This document shows positions 9,312 to 18,365 of a DNA stretch of 64,000 nucleotides, piece by piece. The number at the start of each line of letters is the position of its first letter. Position 1 is the first letter of the stretch. Under the pieces are notes generated by a model. The model did no database searches. It saw only the letters and a program-made list of their open reading frames with translations, and was not told the DNA's origin. Position numbers and translations under genes: made by a program. The stretch comes from an uncultured Acidobacteriota bacterium. GTDB lineage: Bacteria; Actinomycetota; Acidimicrobiia; Spongiisociales; ZC4RG35. The DNA lies in assembly GCA_963837055.1 (NCBI GenBank), contig CAWILU010000006.1, positions 192,389 through 256,388 of the forward strand. The letters run 5' to 3'.

Positions 9312-10259
9312 ATGGGTGGAGACCGGCACAGGATCACCGTTTTCGCCCCTCATCTCAGCCTCACCGTGACCATCGAGAGAGGACGTGAAGACGGTCCACC
9401 CGATGTGCACATCCACCCCGGCGGCCAGGGCTTCTGGGTGGCGCGAATGCTCCGCCATTTGAAAGAGAATCCGTTGCTCTGCGGCCCGGTGGGGGGTGAG
9501 ACGGGCGGGGTGCTTCGCAGTCTGATCAGTCAGTGGGGAATCGACTTGAGCCCGGTGGAGGTGCAGGAGAGCTCTCCGGCCATCGTTCAGGACCGGCGGT
9601 CGGGCGACAGGAGCGCGGTGGCGGAAGCGCCCATGCCCAGCCTCGCCCGTCACGAGCTGGACGACGCCTACGGGAGGATCCTCGACCATGCCCTCAGCTC
9701 AGAGGTGGTGGTCATCACAGGTCAGAGCGCTGAGATCGTCCCGGTCGCCACCTACCGTCGTCTCGGTCACGATCTGGCCGCGGCAGACGCCCGGGTGGTG
9801 GGCGACCTGCACGGCCGCGAGCTCGACGCCTTCTTGGAAGGCGGCGACTTCGACCTGCTCAAGGTCAGCGACGAGGACCTGATCGAAGACGGCCTCCTCG
9901 CGGACGAGGAGGAGGCCAGCGCGTTGGCCGAGCTACACCGACTCGTCCGGGCCGGAGCGAGGAATGTGGTCATCTCGCGCGGCACTCGCCCGACTCTGGC
10001 GCTGATGGATGACGTGACCTACCGGGTGACCGGGCCCGAACTTGAGCCCGCCGACTACCGGGGCGCCGGCGACTCGATGACCGCGGCCCTGGCCGCTGGG
10101 ATGAGGCGTCGCCTCGGGGCCGAGGATTCACTCCGGCTGGCCTCGGGAGCGGGCGCTGCAAATGTGACCCGGCACGGGCTGGGAAGCGCGTCGGACGACC
10201 TGATCCCCCGACTGGCCGAACGGGTAGAGATCGAGATCCTGACCGGGACGCCACAATGA
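9312..10259 (+). CDS. PfkB-family carbohydrate/phosphofructo-type kinase
   Basis: PfkB signature DYRGAGDSMTAALAAG near the C-terminus. Start trimmed to ATG 9312, preceded by GGAAGG. Confidence 0.7.
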   Translation: MGGDRHRITVFAPHLSLTVTIERGREDGPPDVHIHPGGQGFWVARMLRHLKENPLLCGPVGGETGGVLRSLISQWGIDLSPVEVQESSPAIVQDRRSGDRSAVAEAPMPSLARHELDDAYGRILDHALSSEVVVITGQSAEIVPVATYRRLGHDLAAADARVVGDLHGRELDAFLEGGDFDLLKVSDEDLIEDGLLADEEEASALAELHRLVRAGARNVVISRGTRPTLALMDDVTYRVTGPELEPADYRGAGDSMTAALAAGMRRRLGAEDSLRLASGAGAANVTRHGLGSASDDLIPRLAERVEIEILTGTPQ

Positions 10260-11017
10260 AGGACCTTCCCCGGGTCATCGTCACCAACGACGATGGCATC
10301 GATTCCCCGGGGCTGCGGAAGCTCGCAGCGAGGCTGGCAGACGAATTCGATGTCGTGGTAGCTGCCCCGGCAAGCGACATGTCCGGAAGTGGCACCGGAA
10401 TCGGTGGCTTCGACCCGGTCAGGGGGGTCGATCTCACCACAGTGGATCTGGGCGGGATCACGGCGTACACCATCGCCGGGCCTCCGGGCCTGGCCGTGAT
10501 GGCGGCAGCACTCGGGGCGTTCGGCCGCTTCCCCGACCTGGTGGTCTCCGGCGTGAACGCAGGGATGAACGTCGGGCATTCGATCATCCATTCGGGCACG
10601 GTCGGCGCCGCGCTCACCGCGCGGACCTTTCGCAGCCGCGGTCTCGCGGTGAGCCTCGCCCAGTCCGAGCCGTGGCAGTGGGACACCGCAGTCGAGGTAG
10701 GTGTTTCGGCGACTCGGTGGCTCCTCGGTCGCACCGGGAGCCCCCATGTGCTCAATGTGAATGTGCCCGGTGTCCCTATCTCTGAGGTCAACGGGATCCA
10801 CTGGGCGGATCTGGACGATTTCGGGTATTTCCGGGTGGCCAACGCCGATGTCGAGGACAGAAAGCTCCAATTCGTCGTCGGATCGTCGTCTGCGGGAACC
10901 GATCCAGGAAGTGACACCGCCCTCTGCGCCAAGAACTTCGTCACCGTCACCCCACTGGCGAGCATCGAGCCGGCCCGTTTCCCCGATATCGAAGCCAGCG
11001 CGGTGTGGGAGCCCTGA
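10256..11017 (+). CDS. surE: 5'/3'-nucleotidase SurE
   Basis: N-terminal RVIVTNDDGIDSPGL, and GVNAGMNVGHSIIHSGTVGAA. ATGA overlap with the PfkB stop. Confidence 0.9.
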   Translation: MKDLPRVIVTNDDGIDSPGLRKLAARLADEFDVVVAAPASDMSGSGTGIGGFDPVRGVDLTTVDLGGITAYTIAGPPGLAVMAAALGAFGRFPDLVVSGVNAGMNVGHSIIHSGTVGAALTARTFRSRGLAVSLAQSEPWQWDTAVEVGVSATRWLLGRTGSPHVLNVNVPGVPISEVNGIHWADLDDFGYFRVANADVEDRKLQFVVGSSSAGTDPGSDTALCAKNFVTVTPLASIEPARFPDIEASAVWEP

Positions 11018-11087
11018 CCGTGCCCCGCTTCGGTTTTGCCGGCGTTCCTGACGGGTATGACATTTCCACCTGACAACGGGAGATCCG

Positions 11088-11243
11088 ATGGAATGCGCTC
11101 ATGAGTCCTGCACCTGCTTGGTGATGGAGGAAGGCGAGTTCTGTAGCGAGAGCTGCGAGGTGGGCACGATGTCCGGCGGCTTCTGTGGCTGCGATCACGC
11201 CACTTGCCGTGCGAGCCGGGTTCCCGTATCCGAGCCGTCGTGA
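11088..11243 (+). CDS. Small Cys/His-rich protein, bacterial metallothionein (SmtA/BmtA)-like
   Basis: 51 aa, below the ORF-track cutoff: MECAHESCTCLVMEEGEFCSESCEVGTMSGGFCGCDHATCRASRVPVSEPS. It has 8 Cys and 2 His in the pattern C.H..C.C ... FCSESC ... CGC.H..C. GGGAG lies 7 nt upstream. Confidence 0.55.
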   Translation: MECAHESCTCLVMEEGEFCSESCEVGTMSGGFCGCDHATCRASRVPVSEPS

Positions 11244-11593
11244 ATCGTGTCAGCCTGATCGGTGGAGCGGCAATCGGAGCTTCAGCAGCCTATCTCTTCG
11301 ACCCCTCCCAGGGAAAGAGACGTCGGAGGCAGCTGGCCCGTCGATTCGCAAACGCTGTCGACCGCCTGCGGTCGGGCTCAGGTAGTCCGTCTCATCGGTC
11401 ATTGAAATCCGATGAATGGGAGGCGCCGATGGCTACCGTGAATATCGACATCGACCAGGGGACGGTCACGCTGCGCGGTGCGTTTCCCCCGTCCGATGTG
11501 CCACCGAGTCAGAATTGGGCCCATCGTGGTCTGATTCGGGCACGGGGTCTTGCGGCGACCCGTCGAGGTTTCGACGGGTCGGATCAGGGGTAG
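11240..11593 (+). CDS. Hypothetical protein with YtxH/BON-like features
   Basis: ORF 11204..11593. GTG 11240 forms GTGA with the upstream stop. Contains GGAAIGASAAYLFDPSQGKRRRRQ and VNIDIDQGTVTLRG (BON-like). Confidence 0.45.
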   Translation: MNRVSLIGGAAIGASAAYLFDPSQGKRRRRQLARRFANAVDRLRSGSGSPSHRSLKSDEWEAPMATVNIDIDQGTVTLRGAFPPSDVPPSQNWAHRGLIRARGLAATRRGFDGSDQG

Positions 11594-11620
11594 TCACAAC
11601 CTCTATCCAGGAACGATCCA

Positions 11621-12301
11621 ATGTCGTCACACCTGCCGTTCTCCGAGCGCCCGACCCAGGAACCGCCTGAGGAAGAGCAGCTCAGCACCTTCAGTGCGGC
11701 CTATCCCGACCCCTCAGTCGCCAACGCCGTGGTGGAGGACCTCGAGAAAGCAGGGCTACGTCCAACGGTGATAGCTCCGCTCGGCCCATGGACTCTCTCC
11801 TCTCTCCCCGACCCGCGCAGCCGTCTGTTCGAACATCCACTGATCACCGCCGCAACCGGAGCATTGGCCCTGGGGACGATCACGGCTCTCGCCTCGATCG
11901 TCTGGCTCGATGGGAGACACTGGTTGCTGTACGCCGGGCTGGGTGCCGTGGTGGGCGCACTCACCGGTTGGATTGGAAGTGCCATGGCCGCGACCGCCCA
12001 TCCCCCTCGTCGTGAAGATCTCCTGGCCCATCCGGTCGGAGGCCTCACCATCGAGGTGGAGGCAGGCGAAATCCGAAAGGCGGAATTGGCCGAGCAAGTG
12101 ATGGGACGTCACGGACCGACGTTGTTCACCGCTCGAACCAGACCCGGCCCCCGCTCGCCCACCGAGCGGGTGATGTGGCAACACGAAAACGGTCTCTCGC
12201 CCCTGGAGGCGCTCTCCTCGTGGTTAGACGGCAGGGAAGGATCTCGCCGCTCGGTCACTCCCCGGGGCAGACATCTGGAGACAAATCGGCTCCGACCTTG
12301 A
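11621..12301 (+). CDS. Hypothetical membrane protein
   Basis: 226 aa with two clear hydrophobic helices (ITAATGALALGTITALASIVW, LLYAGLGAVVGALTGWIGSAMAA). No family recognised. Confidence 0.5.
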   Translation: MSSHLPFSERPTQEPPEEEQLSTFSAAYPDPSVANAVVEDLEKAGLRPTVIAPLGPWTLSSLPDPRSRLFEHPLITAATGALALGTITALASIVWLDGRHWLLYAGLGAVVGALTGWIGSAMAATAHPPRREDLLAHPVGGLTIEVEAGEIRKAELAEQVMGRHGPTLFTARTRPGPRSPTERVMWQHENGLSPLEALSSWLDGREGSRRSVTPRGRHLETNRLRP

Positions 12302-12355
12302 CGGTGGCCGCCTAGAGGGAGCGCCGCCGGTCAAGTCGCTATTCGTACTCCGGAG

Positions 12356-12411
12356 TCGGCCATGCGACGCCCGGGAAGGGGGACTCTGGGAACCCGGCGT
12401 CGCATGGCCGA
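12356..12411 (+). other. Long near-perfect hairpin (19-bp stem, 1-nt bulge, 17-nt loop)
   Basis: tcggccatgcgacgcccggg / cccggcgtcgcatggccga. Flanked by the 10-bp palindromes ACTCCGGAGT and CGAGTACTCG. Confidence 0.6.
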
Positions 12412-12474
12412 CGAGTACTCGACCTTGCTCTCGGCCGATACCCCTGTCGGGCAGACTTCAAACGTCGACCTTTT

Positions 12475-12503
12475 GCACTACGGCGGTAGTGCTTTTAGAT
12501 TTT
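12475..12503 (+). terminator. Rho-independent terminator-like hairpin upstream of the ABC importer
   Basis: gcactac-ggcg-gtagtgc followed by ttttagatttt. Confidence 0.55.
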
Positions 12504-12545
12504 CCTTGATTTGTTTGGTAGCTAACGATCTGGAGGATCGCTGCC

Positions 12546-13541
12546 TTGAAGAGGTTGATCGTCGGTGCGCTCGTGGCCGCGGCAATCATGGCGGCCTGCG
12601 GAGGCTCGAGCGGGGGGGAGTCCCGAGACGCTCTGGTCATCTACTCCGGGCGCAGTGAGGAGCTGGTGGCTCCGCTGATCGAAGACTTCGAATCGTCTTC
12701 GGGCATCGATGTCGAAGTCCGATATGCCGACTCAGGAGAGCTCGCCGCCACCCTCCTCGCCGAAGGTGCGACAACCGAGGCCGACATCTTCTTCGCCCAA
12801 GACCCCGCCTCGCTCGGAGCGGCTTCAGGGCTCATGTCGGAGTTGCCAGCACAGACCCTCGGCCTGGTCGAGCCCCGTTTCCAGGATGGTCAGGGAAGAT
12901 GGATCGGGACCTCGGGGCGGGTCCGGGTCGTGGCGCACAACATCGACTCGGACATCCCGCTCCCCCAGACCATCGATGACACGGTCGATCCGGTGTGGGC
13001 GGGCCAACTGGGCGTGGCTCCGACCAATGGCTCGTTCCTTGCCTTCATCTCGGCGATGATCCTCGAACGGGGCGAAGAGGGGACCCGTCGGTGGTTGGAA
13101 GCGCTGGCCGCCAACGATCCGGTCGAGTTCGACGGAAACGCTCCGATCGTCGACGCTACCGACACCGGCGAGCTGTCCGGAGGTCTGGTGAATCACTACT
13201 ACCTGCTGCGTCTTCGAGCAGAAGGCCAGGGCGAGAACACCGAGAACTACTTCATCCCGGGAGGCGATGTCGGCTCATTGGTGATGACGGCCGGAGTCGG
13301 GATGATGTCGGGGACACAAGACCCCGAAATGGCGGAGGAATTCGTCGATTTTCTGCTGGGCGAGGACGCCCAGGCCTACTTCGCAACCGAGACGTTCGAA
13401 TATCCCTTGGTCGAGGGAATAGCCCAACCAGAGGGAGTGCCGCCCTTGTCGGAGATCGCTTCGCCTGATATCGATCTCAGCGAGCTGGCAGGCGTTCTCG
13501 ACCTCGCCACCCGCCTTGTGGCCGAGGCGGGCCTGGTGTGA
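12546..13541 (+). CDS. Fe3+-type ABC transporter substrate-binding lipoprotein (FbpA/AfuA-like)
   Basis: TTG start. Lipobox LVAAAIMAACGG. The body resembles iron(III)/thiamine-type SBPs (VIYSGRSEELVAPLIEDFE, VAPTNGSFLAF). Confidence 0.75.
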   Translation: MKRLIVGALVAAAIMAACGGSSGGESRDALVIYSGRSEELVAPLIEDFESSSGIDVEVRYADSGELAATLLAEGATTEADIFFAQDPASLGAASGLMSELPAQTLGLVEPRFQDGQGRWIGTSGRVRVVAHNIDSDIPLPQTIDDTVDPVWAGQLGVAPTNGSFLAFISAMILERGEEGTRRWLEALAANDPVEFDGNAPIVDATDTGELSGGLVNHYYLLRLRAEGQGENTENYFIPGGDVGSLVMTAGVGMMSGTQDPEMAEEFVDFLLGEDAQAYFATETFEYPLVEGIAQPEGVPPLSEIASPDIDLSELAGVLDLATRLVAEAGLV

Positions 13542-15117
13542 GTTGACTGTTCCGCTGATCGCACCGCCGCGCCCTTTGGCCCGGCCCGTTCGGCAACCCG
13601 GGGGTCGAGGATGGTGGCTGGCTGCAGGGATCGCTCTGCTCCCCTCGCTGATACCCCCCATCAGCCTGTTGTTCCAGGTGATCGGGAGCGGGACCTCCCT
13701 CGCAATTCCCCCAGCGCGGTTGGCCGAGTTGTTGCTGAACACGGCCATGCTGTCCATCGCTGTCACGGTCACAGCGGTCACGATCGGATTGGCTACCGCC
13801 TGGGTCACCAACAGGGTGAGGCTCCCCTTCCGTAGAGGCTGGTTGACCCTCGCCGCGCTCCCCCTGGTCGTCCCCTCCTACGTCGCAGCGCTCACGCTCA
13901 TCGCCGCCACCGGGCCTTCCGGCGTGTTGGTCGAGGTGCCCACCCCCTACGGCTTCGTGGGGTCGTGGCTCGTCCTCTCGTTGTTCACCGCACCCCTGGC
14001 CCATCTCACCCTCATTCCCGGGTTGCGGTCGATCGACCCGGCCACCGAGGAGGCCGCCACAGGTCTCGGGGCGAGTCGTTGGAAGGTGTTCGGCACTGTC
14101 ACCGTGCCGCAGTTGAAGCCCGCCCTCGTCTCTTCCGCCCTCCTTGTTGGCCTCTACACGATCTCGGACTTCGGGGCAGTCTCGTTGCTTCGATATGACA
14201 CCTTCACCCGGGCCATCTACACCCTTTATCGGGGCCAGATCGATCGCAGGCCGTCGGCGACGCTGTCCCTCATCCTGATGATCCTCGCCATCCTGATCCT
14301 CGTGGTCGAACGCCGGTATCGCGGCCGGATCTCTCTCCACTCGCGGCGACCCCGGAGGTCGCGCCCCCTGATAACCCTCAGCGGCTGGCCCCGGGCTCTC
14401 TCGATCTCGGGCCTGTCCGTCTATCTCCTGATCACCCTCGGGATCCCACTCATGGTGCTGGTGGCTTCAGTCAGGCGCGGGGTCGCGTCGGAGCAGACCA
14501 TTGGGTCGCTGGGTGCCGAGACAGGAAGATCGCTGGGGGTGGCGGTGATCGCCGCTCTCCTCACCGTGATCCTCGCCTTCCCGGTCGCCATGGTGACCAC
14601 TCGCAGACCGGGACGGCTTTCCGGATGGGTGGAGTCCGCCATGTGGGGCGCATACTCGCTGCCCCATATCACCGTCGGAGTGGCTGCCGTCGGTTTCGCC
14701 CTCTCCTGGGCTCGGCCTCTCTATCAAACCCTGCTCTATCTGGTGATCATCTACGGGGCGATCTTCCTTCCGCAGGCCGTAGGGGCGGCCCAGGACGCCA
14801 TGGTCAGAGCGAGCCCGGATCTCGAGAATGCATCGCGGGGACTGGGCAAAGGAGCGGTGGCAACACTGATGAGGGTGACGCTCCCGTTGGCCGTGCCCGG
14901 GCTGGTGGCCGGGGCTGCCCTTGTCTTCCTCAGCGTGATGAAAGAGCTCCCTGCCACCCTCCTGCTCCGCCCCAATGGCTTTGAGACGCTGGCAATCCGA
15001 ATCTGGAGCTCGACCGCCGAGGGTTTCGTGACCAGGGCGTCTGCGGCCGGCCTCGTGCTCCTCGTGGTCTCGATCGTGCCACTCTTCCTCCTGATGTCAC
15101 GTGAGCTCAGCGACTGA
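13516..15117 (+). CDS. Iron ABC transporter permease (fused two-domain FbpB-like)
   Basis: 533 aa with about 12 TM segments and two EAA-like loops (EEAATGLGASRW.., LENASRGLGKGAV). Start uncertain (TTG 13516 or TTG 13543). Confidence 0.8.
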   Translation: MWPRRAWCELTVPLIAPPRPLARPVRQPGGRGWWLAAGIALLPSLIPPISLLFQVIGSGTSLAIPPARLAELLLNTAMLSIAVTVTAVTIGLATAWVTNRVRLPFRRGWLTLAALPLVVPSYVAALTLIAATGPSGVLVEVPTPYGFVGSWLVLSLFTAPLAHLTLIPGLRSIDPATEEAATGLGASRWKVFGTVTVPQLKPALVSSALLVGLYTISDFGAVSLLRYDTFTRAIYTLYRGQIDRRPSATLSLILMILAILILVVERRYRGRISLHSRRPRRSRPLITLSGWPRALSISGLSVYLLITLGIPLMVLVASVRRGVASEQTIGSLGAETGRSLGVAVIAALLTVILAFPVAMVTTRRPGRLSGWVESAMWGAYSLPHITVGVAAVGFALSWARPLYQTLLYLVIIYGAIFLPQAVGAAQDAMVRASPDLENASRGLGKGAVATLMRVTLPLAVPGLVAGAALVFLSVMKELPATLLLRPNGFETLAIRIWSSTAEGFVTRASAAGLVLLVVSIVPLFLLMSRELSD

Positions 15118-16123
15118 CCGGCTCGCCATCCGCGCCCGGGACCTGACCAGGTCCTTTGGCGACGCCGTCGCCCTCGACCATTTCAGCCTGGACGTCTGGG
15201 AGGGCGGTGTTGTCACCATCCTCGGGCCTTCGGGATGTGGCAAGACCACCGCGTTACGGGTCATCGCCGGCTTCGAGACCGCAGGAGGATCGGTCGAGAT
15301 CCATGGCAGGACCGTGCTCGGGCCGGGAGCCTTCATCCCTCCGGACCGGCGTCGGGTGGGAATGGTGTTCCAGGACTACGCCCTTTTCCCCCACATGACC
15401 GTCGCCGGGAATGTCGCCTATGGGCTGCCCCGGGGCGACCGAGGGCCACGTGTGGCCGAGGTTCTGGAGTTGGTCGGATTGACCGGATTGGAGGGCCGGA
15501 TGCCAAACGAGCTATCCGGCGGGCAACAACAGCGAGTCGCCCTCGCCCGCGCCCTCGCCCCCAAGCCGGAGGTGATCCTGCTCGACGAGCCGTTCTCCAA
15601 CCTCGACGCCAGTTTGCGTGACCGGGTCCGCCGTGAGCTGCGAACCATCCTCACCGAGGCACGCACCACGGCCGTTTTTGTGACTCACGACCAGGAAGAG
15701 GCCCTGGCAACATCCGACATCGTCGCCGTCATGAGGGATGGACGCGTGCTGCAGGCCGACACTCCGGGCCATCTCTACTCGAATCCGGCCGACCAATGGG
15801 TGGCCGAGTTCCTGGGTGATGCCGATGTCCTGGAGTCGATAGCGCGCAATGGGAGAGTCGACACCCCGGTCGGCGCCTTCGACACAGATCTCCACGGCAC
15901 CGTGTCGGTGATCGTCAGGCCGGAGAACGTCCAGATCTCTCTCGGCGAGACGCCGAATGCGGTGGTGGCCGGGTCCGAGTTCTTCGGCCATGACCAGTTG
16001 GTGACGCTCGCCCTCCACGAGGGCACCCGGGTCCGGGCCAGAATCGGCCCTCGTCCCATATACCGGGTGGGTCAGCCGGCCCGGGTCCGCGCAACCGACG
16101 CCCGCATCTTCCTGCGGTCCTGA
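15101..16123 (+). CDS. ABC transporter ATP-binding protein (FbpC/PotA-like)
   Basis: Walker A GPSGCGKTT, signature LSGGQQQRVALARAL, Walker B ILLDEPFS. Confidence 0.9.
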   Translation: MSSATDRLAIRARDLTRSFGDAVALDHFSLDVWEGGVVTILGPSGCGKTTALRVIAGFETAGGSVEIHGRTVLGPGAFIPPDRRRVGMVFQDYALFPHMTVAGNVAYGLPRGDRGPRVAEVLELVGLTGLEGRMPNELSGGQQQRVALARALAPKPEVILLDEPFSNLDASLRDRVRRELRTILTEARTTAVFVTHDQEEALATSDIVAVMRDGRVLQADTPGHLYSNPADQWVAEFLGDADVLESIARNGRVDTPVGAFDTDLHGTVSVIVRPENVQISLGETPNAVVAGSEFFGHDQLVTLALHEGTRVRARIGPRPIYRVGQPARVRATDARIFLRS

Positions 16124-16130
16124 TCGTCGG

Positions 16131-16886
16131 TTGGGCCGGATTCTGGCCCGTCCTAGCCTGACGGGAGTGGATGCGGCTCTGGCCCTCATCGCGGCGCTGG
16201 CAGCGTCGTTTTTCGCCGTCGATCTCTGGCTCGACTACCGAAGACGGCCCCGTCCCCACATCGCCGCATACGGGACGGGCATGGCCATGTTCGCCATCGC
16301 CACCTGGGCGTTCTTCCTGGGAGTCACCGTGGGCTGGACCGGGCCGATGTACCGGATCTTCTATCTATTCGGTGCCATTCTCAACATACCGTTTCTGGCC
16401 CTGGGCTCGATGTTCCTGGTCGTCGGGAAGCGCTCGGGACATGTCATGGCCATCGCGCTCGGTGCCTTCACCGCCATCTCCACGACCCTGACCGCCACCG
16501 TGCCATTCGCCAATCCCCTGCCTGAGACCGGGGTGCCCCATGATATTTTCGCCTCGGGATTCGGTCCGAGGTTGTTCGCCATCATTGGCGGGGCGATGGG
16601 CGCGACCATCCTCGCCGTCCTGTCGCTCGTGTCGATCTTCCGATTCTGGAAAAGGAACCGCCGGATCGTCTGGGGAAACCTGCTCATCGTCGCCGGCACG
16701 TTCGCGGCAGCGTCGGGCGGCACCGGTCTCGCCCTCGGCGAGTCGAGTGCCTTCGCCTTGTCGCTACTCGCAGCGGTGACCTTGATCTGGGCGGGCTATC
16801 GGGTCGCGTCGGGTGGTGGTGGAGCACCAGCGCCGACCGAGGCCGCCGGCCGCCACACATCCGAAGTAGCCCATCCCGACACGTAG
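16131..16886 (+). CDS. Hypothetical integral membrane protein
   Basis: 251 aa with 6-7 hydrophobic segments. No family recognised. Confidence 0.5.
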   Translation: MGRILARPSLTGVDAALALIAALAASFFAVDLWLDYRRRPRPHIAAYGTGMAMFAIATWAFFLGVTVGWTGPMYRIFYLFGAILNIPFLALGSMFLVVGKRSGHVMAIALGAFTAISTTLTATVPFANPLPETGVPHDIFASGFGPRLFAIIGGAMGATILAVLSLVSIFRFWKRNRRIVWGNLLIVAGTFAAASGGTGLALGESSAFALSLLAAVTLIWAGYRVASGGGGAPAPTEAAGRHTSEVAHPDT

Positions 16887-17284
16887 ACCATGCCTAGCTC
16901 AGCGGAGGGTTGCTCGTCCCAGCGAATCGGGGTGATAAAGGTGATCTGGGACATGCCGAACTCCGGGTACCTGCCCCTTGTGGCCATGAGGCCTTTCGAT
17001 GCGTTCCCGCAGTCTCTTGAGAAGACGAGAGTTCTCGCGCTCAGTTGTTTCTTCGTTGCTCATAAGTGTGTCGGCTCTATCTGTTCGTAGGTCGTCTAAC
17101 TGGCCTTCTCGAGGCCCAGATCGGCATCCCAGAGGGCGCGCTTGGTGGCGGAACCGTGAGATGGTTGTGAGCGATGTTTCGCTCAGCACCAATGATATGA
17201 GGGACTCGCACCCAATCGAAAGCCGTGACCGTGGGTCTGCGGGACTATTCGCCTGACCATCGCCATGAGTCCGGCGGCGGCGCC

Positions 17285-18289
17285 CTAGCCCCCGATGTAG
17301 CTCATCTCGACCCGGGAGCCGATGCTCACCGTCTGGGCCGACCTGATCTCGGAATAACGGTCGTCCCGAGTCGACCACACCCGGTCGATGATCGCCCCGA
17401 CGTTCTCTCCGGCCCTGATCGCGTCACGAAGATTGGAGCCGGCGGAGGCGAAGAGACAGGTGTAGAGGACACCTTCGGCGGAAAGACGTGCCCTGGTGCA
17501 GGACCCGCAGAAGGGCCTGGTCACCGAGGCGATCACACCCACCTCGCCCTCGCCGTCGAGATAGCGGAACCGGCTGGCCACCTCACCGGGGTAGTTGGGC
17601 GGGATCGGCTCCAGCGGGTACACCTGGTTGATCGCAGAGATCATCTCCTCGGCCGGGACGACGTCGTCCAACCGCCAGCCGTTGGTGGTCCCCACGTCCA
17701 TGAACTCGATGAAGCGGACGATGTGACCGGTGCCCTTGAAATGCCCCGCCATGCCGACCACGGCGTGCTCGTTCACTCCCCGTTTGACGACGGCATTCAC
17801 CTTGATCGGGCCCAGCCCCGCCTCGGCAGCAGCTTCGATGCCCTCGAGCACCGCCGCCACCGGAAAGCCGACATCGTTCATGCTCTGGAAAGTCGGGTCG
17901 TCGAGGGCGTCGAGACTCACCGTCACCCGACCGAGCCCGGCCGCGGCCAGGGACCGGGCCTTCCGGGTCAACAGGGAGGCATTGGTGGTCAAGGTCAGAT
18001 CTTCCACCCCTTCGATGGAAGCGAGCCGGCCGATCAGCTTCTCCAGATCCTTGCGGAGAAGCGGCTCCCCTCCGGTGATCCGCACCTTCTCCACGCCCCG
18101 AGCGACGAACAACTGGGTGAGAGTGGCGATCTCCTCGAAGGTCAAGAGCTGATCACGGGGCAAGAACTCGTGGTCCTTGCCGAACAGCTCCTTCGGCATG
18201 CAGTAGGTGCATCGGAAGTTGCATCGGTCGGTGACCGAGATACGCAGGTCGCGCACCGGGCGCCGGTACTCGTCTTTCAAGAGGGTCAT
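17285..18289 (-). CDS. moaA: GTP 3',8-cyclase MoaA (radical SAM)
   Basis: RISVTDRCNFRCTYCMP radical-SAM motif, C-terminal cluster CGSCTRARLSAEG, ends in GG. Confidence 0.9.
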   Translation of the reverse strand: MTLLKDEYRRPVRDLRISVTDRCNFRCTYCMPKELFGKDHEFLPRDQLLTFEEIATLTQLFVARGVEKVRITGGEPLLRKDLEKLIGRLASIEGVEDLTLTTNASLLTRKARSLAAAGLGRVTVSLDALDDPTFQSMNDVGFPVAAVLEGIEAAAEAGLGPIKVNAVVKRGVNEHAVVGMAGHFKGTGHIVRFIEFMDVGTTNGWRLDDVVPAEEMISAINQVYPLEPIPPNYPGEVASRFRYLDGEGEVGVIASVTRPFCGSCTRARLSAEGVLYTCLFASAGSNLRDAIRAGENVGAIIDRVWSTRDDRYSEIRSAQTVSIGSRVEMSYIGG

Positions 18290-18365
18290 CTCCGCTCAAC
18301 GTTATTTGCCGTCGAGCCAAATGTCTCGTGACGCCCGCCGCCGTGAGCCGTTAGCGTGACTCGCG

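Noticed and set aside
12515-12535. An IdeR/DtxR iron box upstream of the ABC importer, considered as a called feature.
   Set aside because: It matches only a partial half-palindrome (GGTAGCTAACG versus TTAGGTTAGGCTAACCTAA) and is one base short in the core. It is kept only as a low-weight remark inside a finding.
12362-12658. A 98-aa plus-strand ORF upstream of and overlapping the iron SBP gene.
   Set aside because: It starts inside the long hairpin and reads through the terminator and the AT-rich promoter-like stretch. It has no coding-like codon bias there.
18290-18365. A possible Moco riboswitch upstream of moaA.
   Set aside because: Only 76 nt separate moaA from the divergent abfA start. 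That is too short for the ~130-nt Moco RNA motif, and I saw no matching conserved loops.
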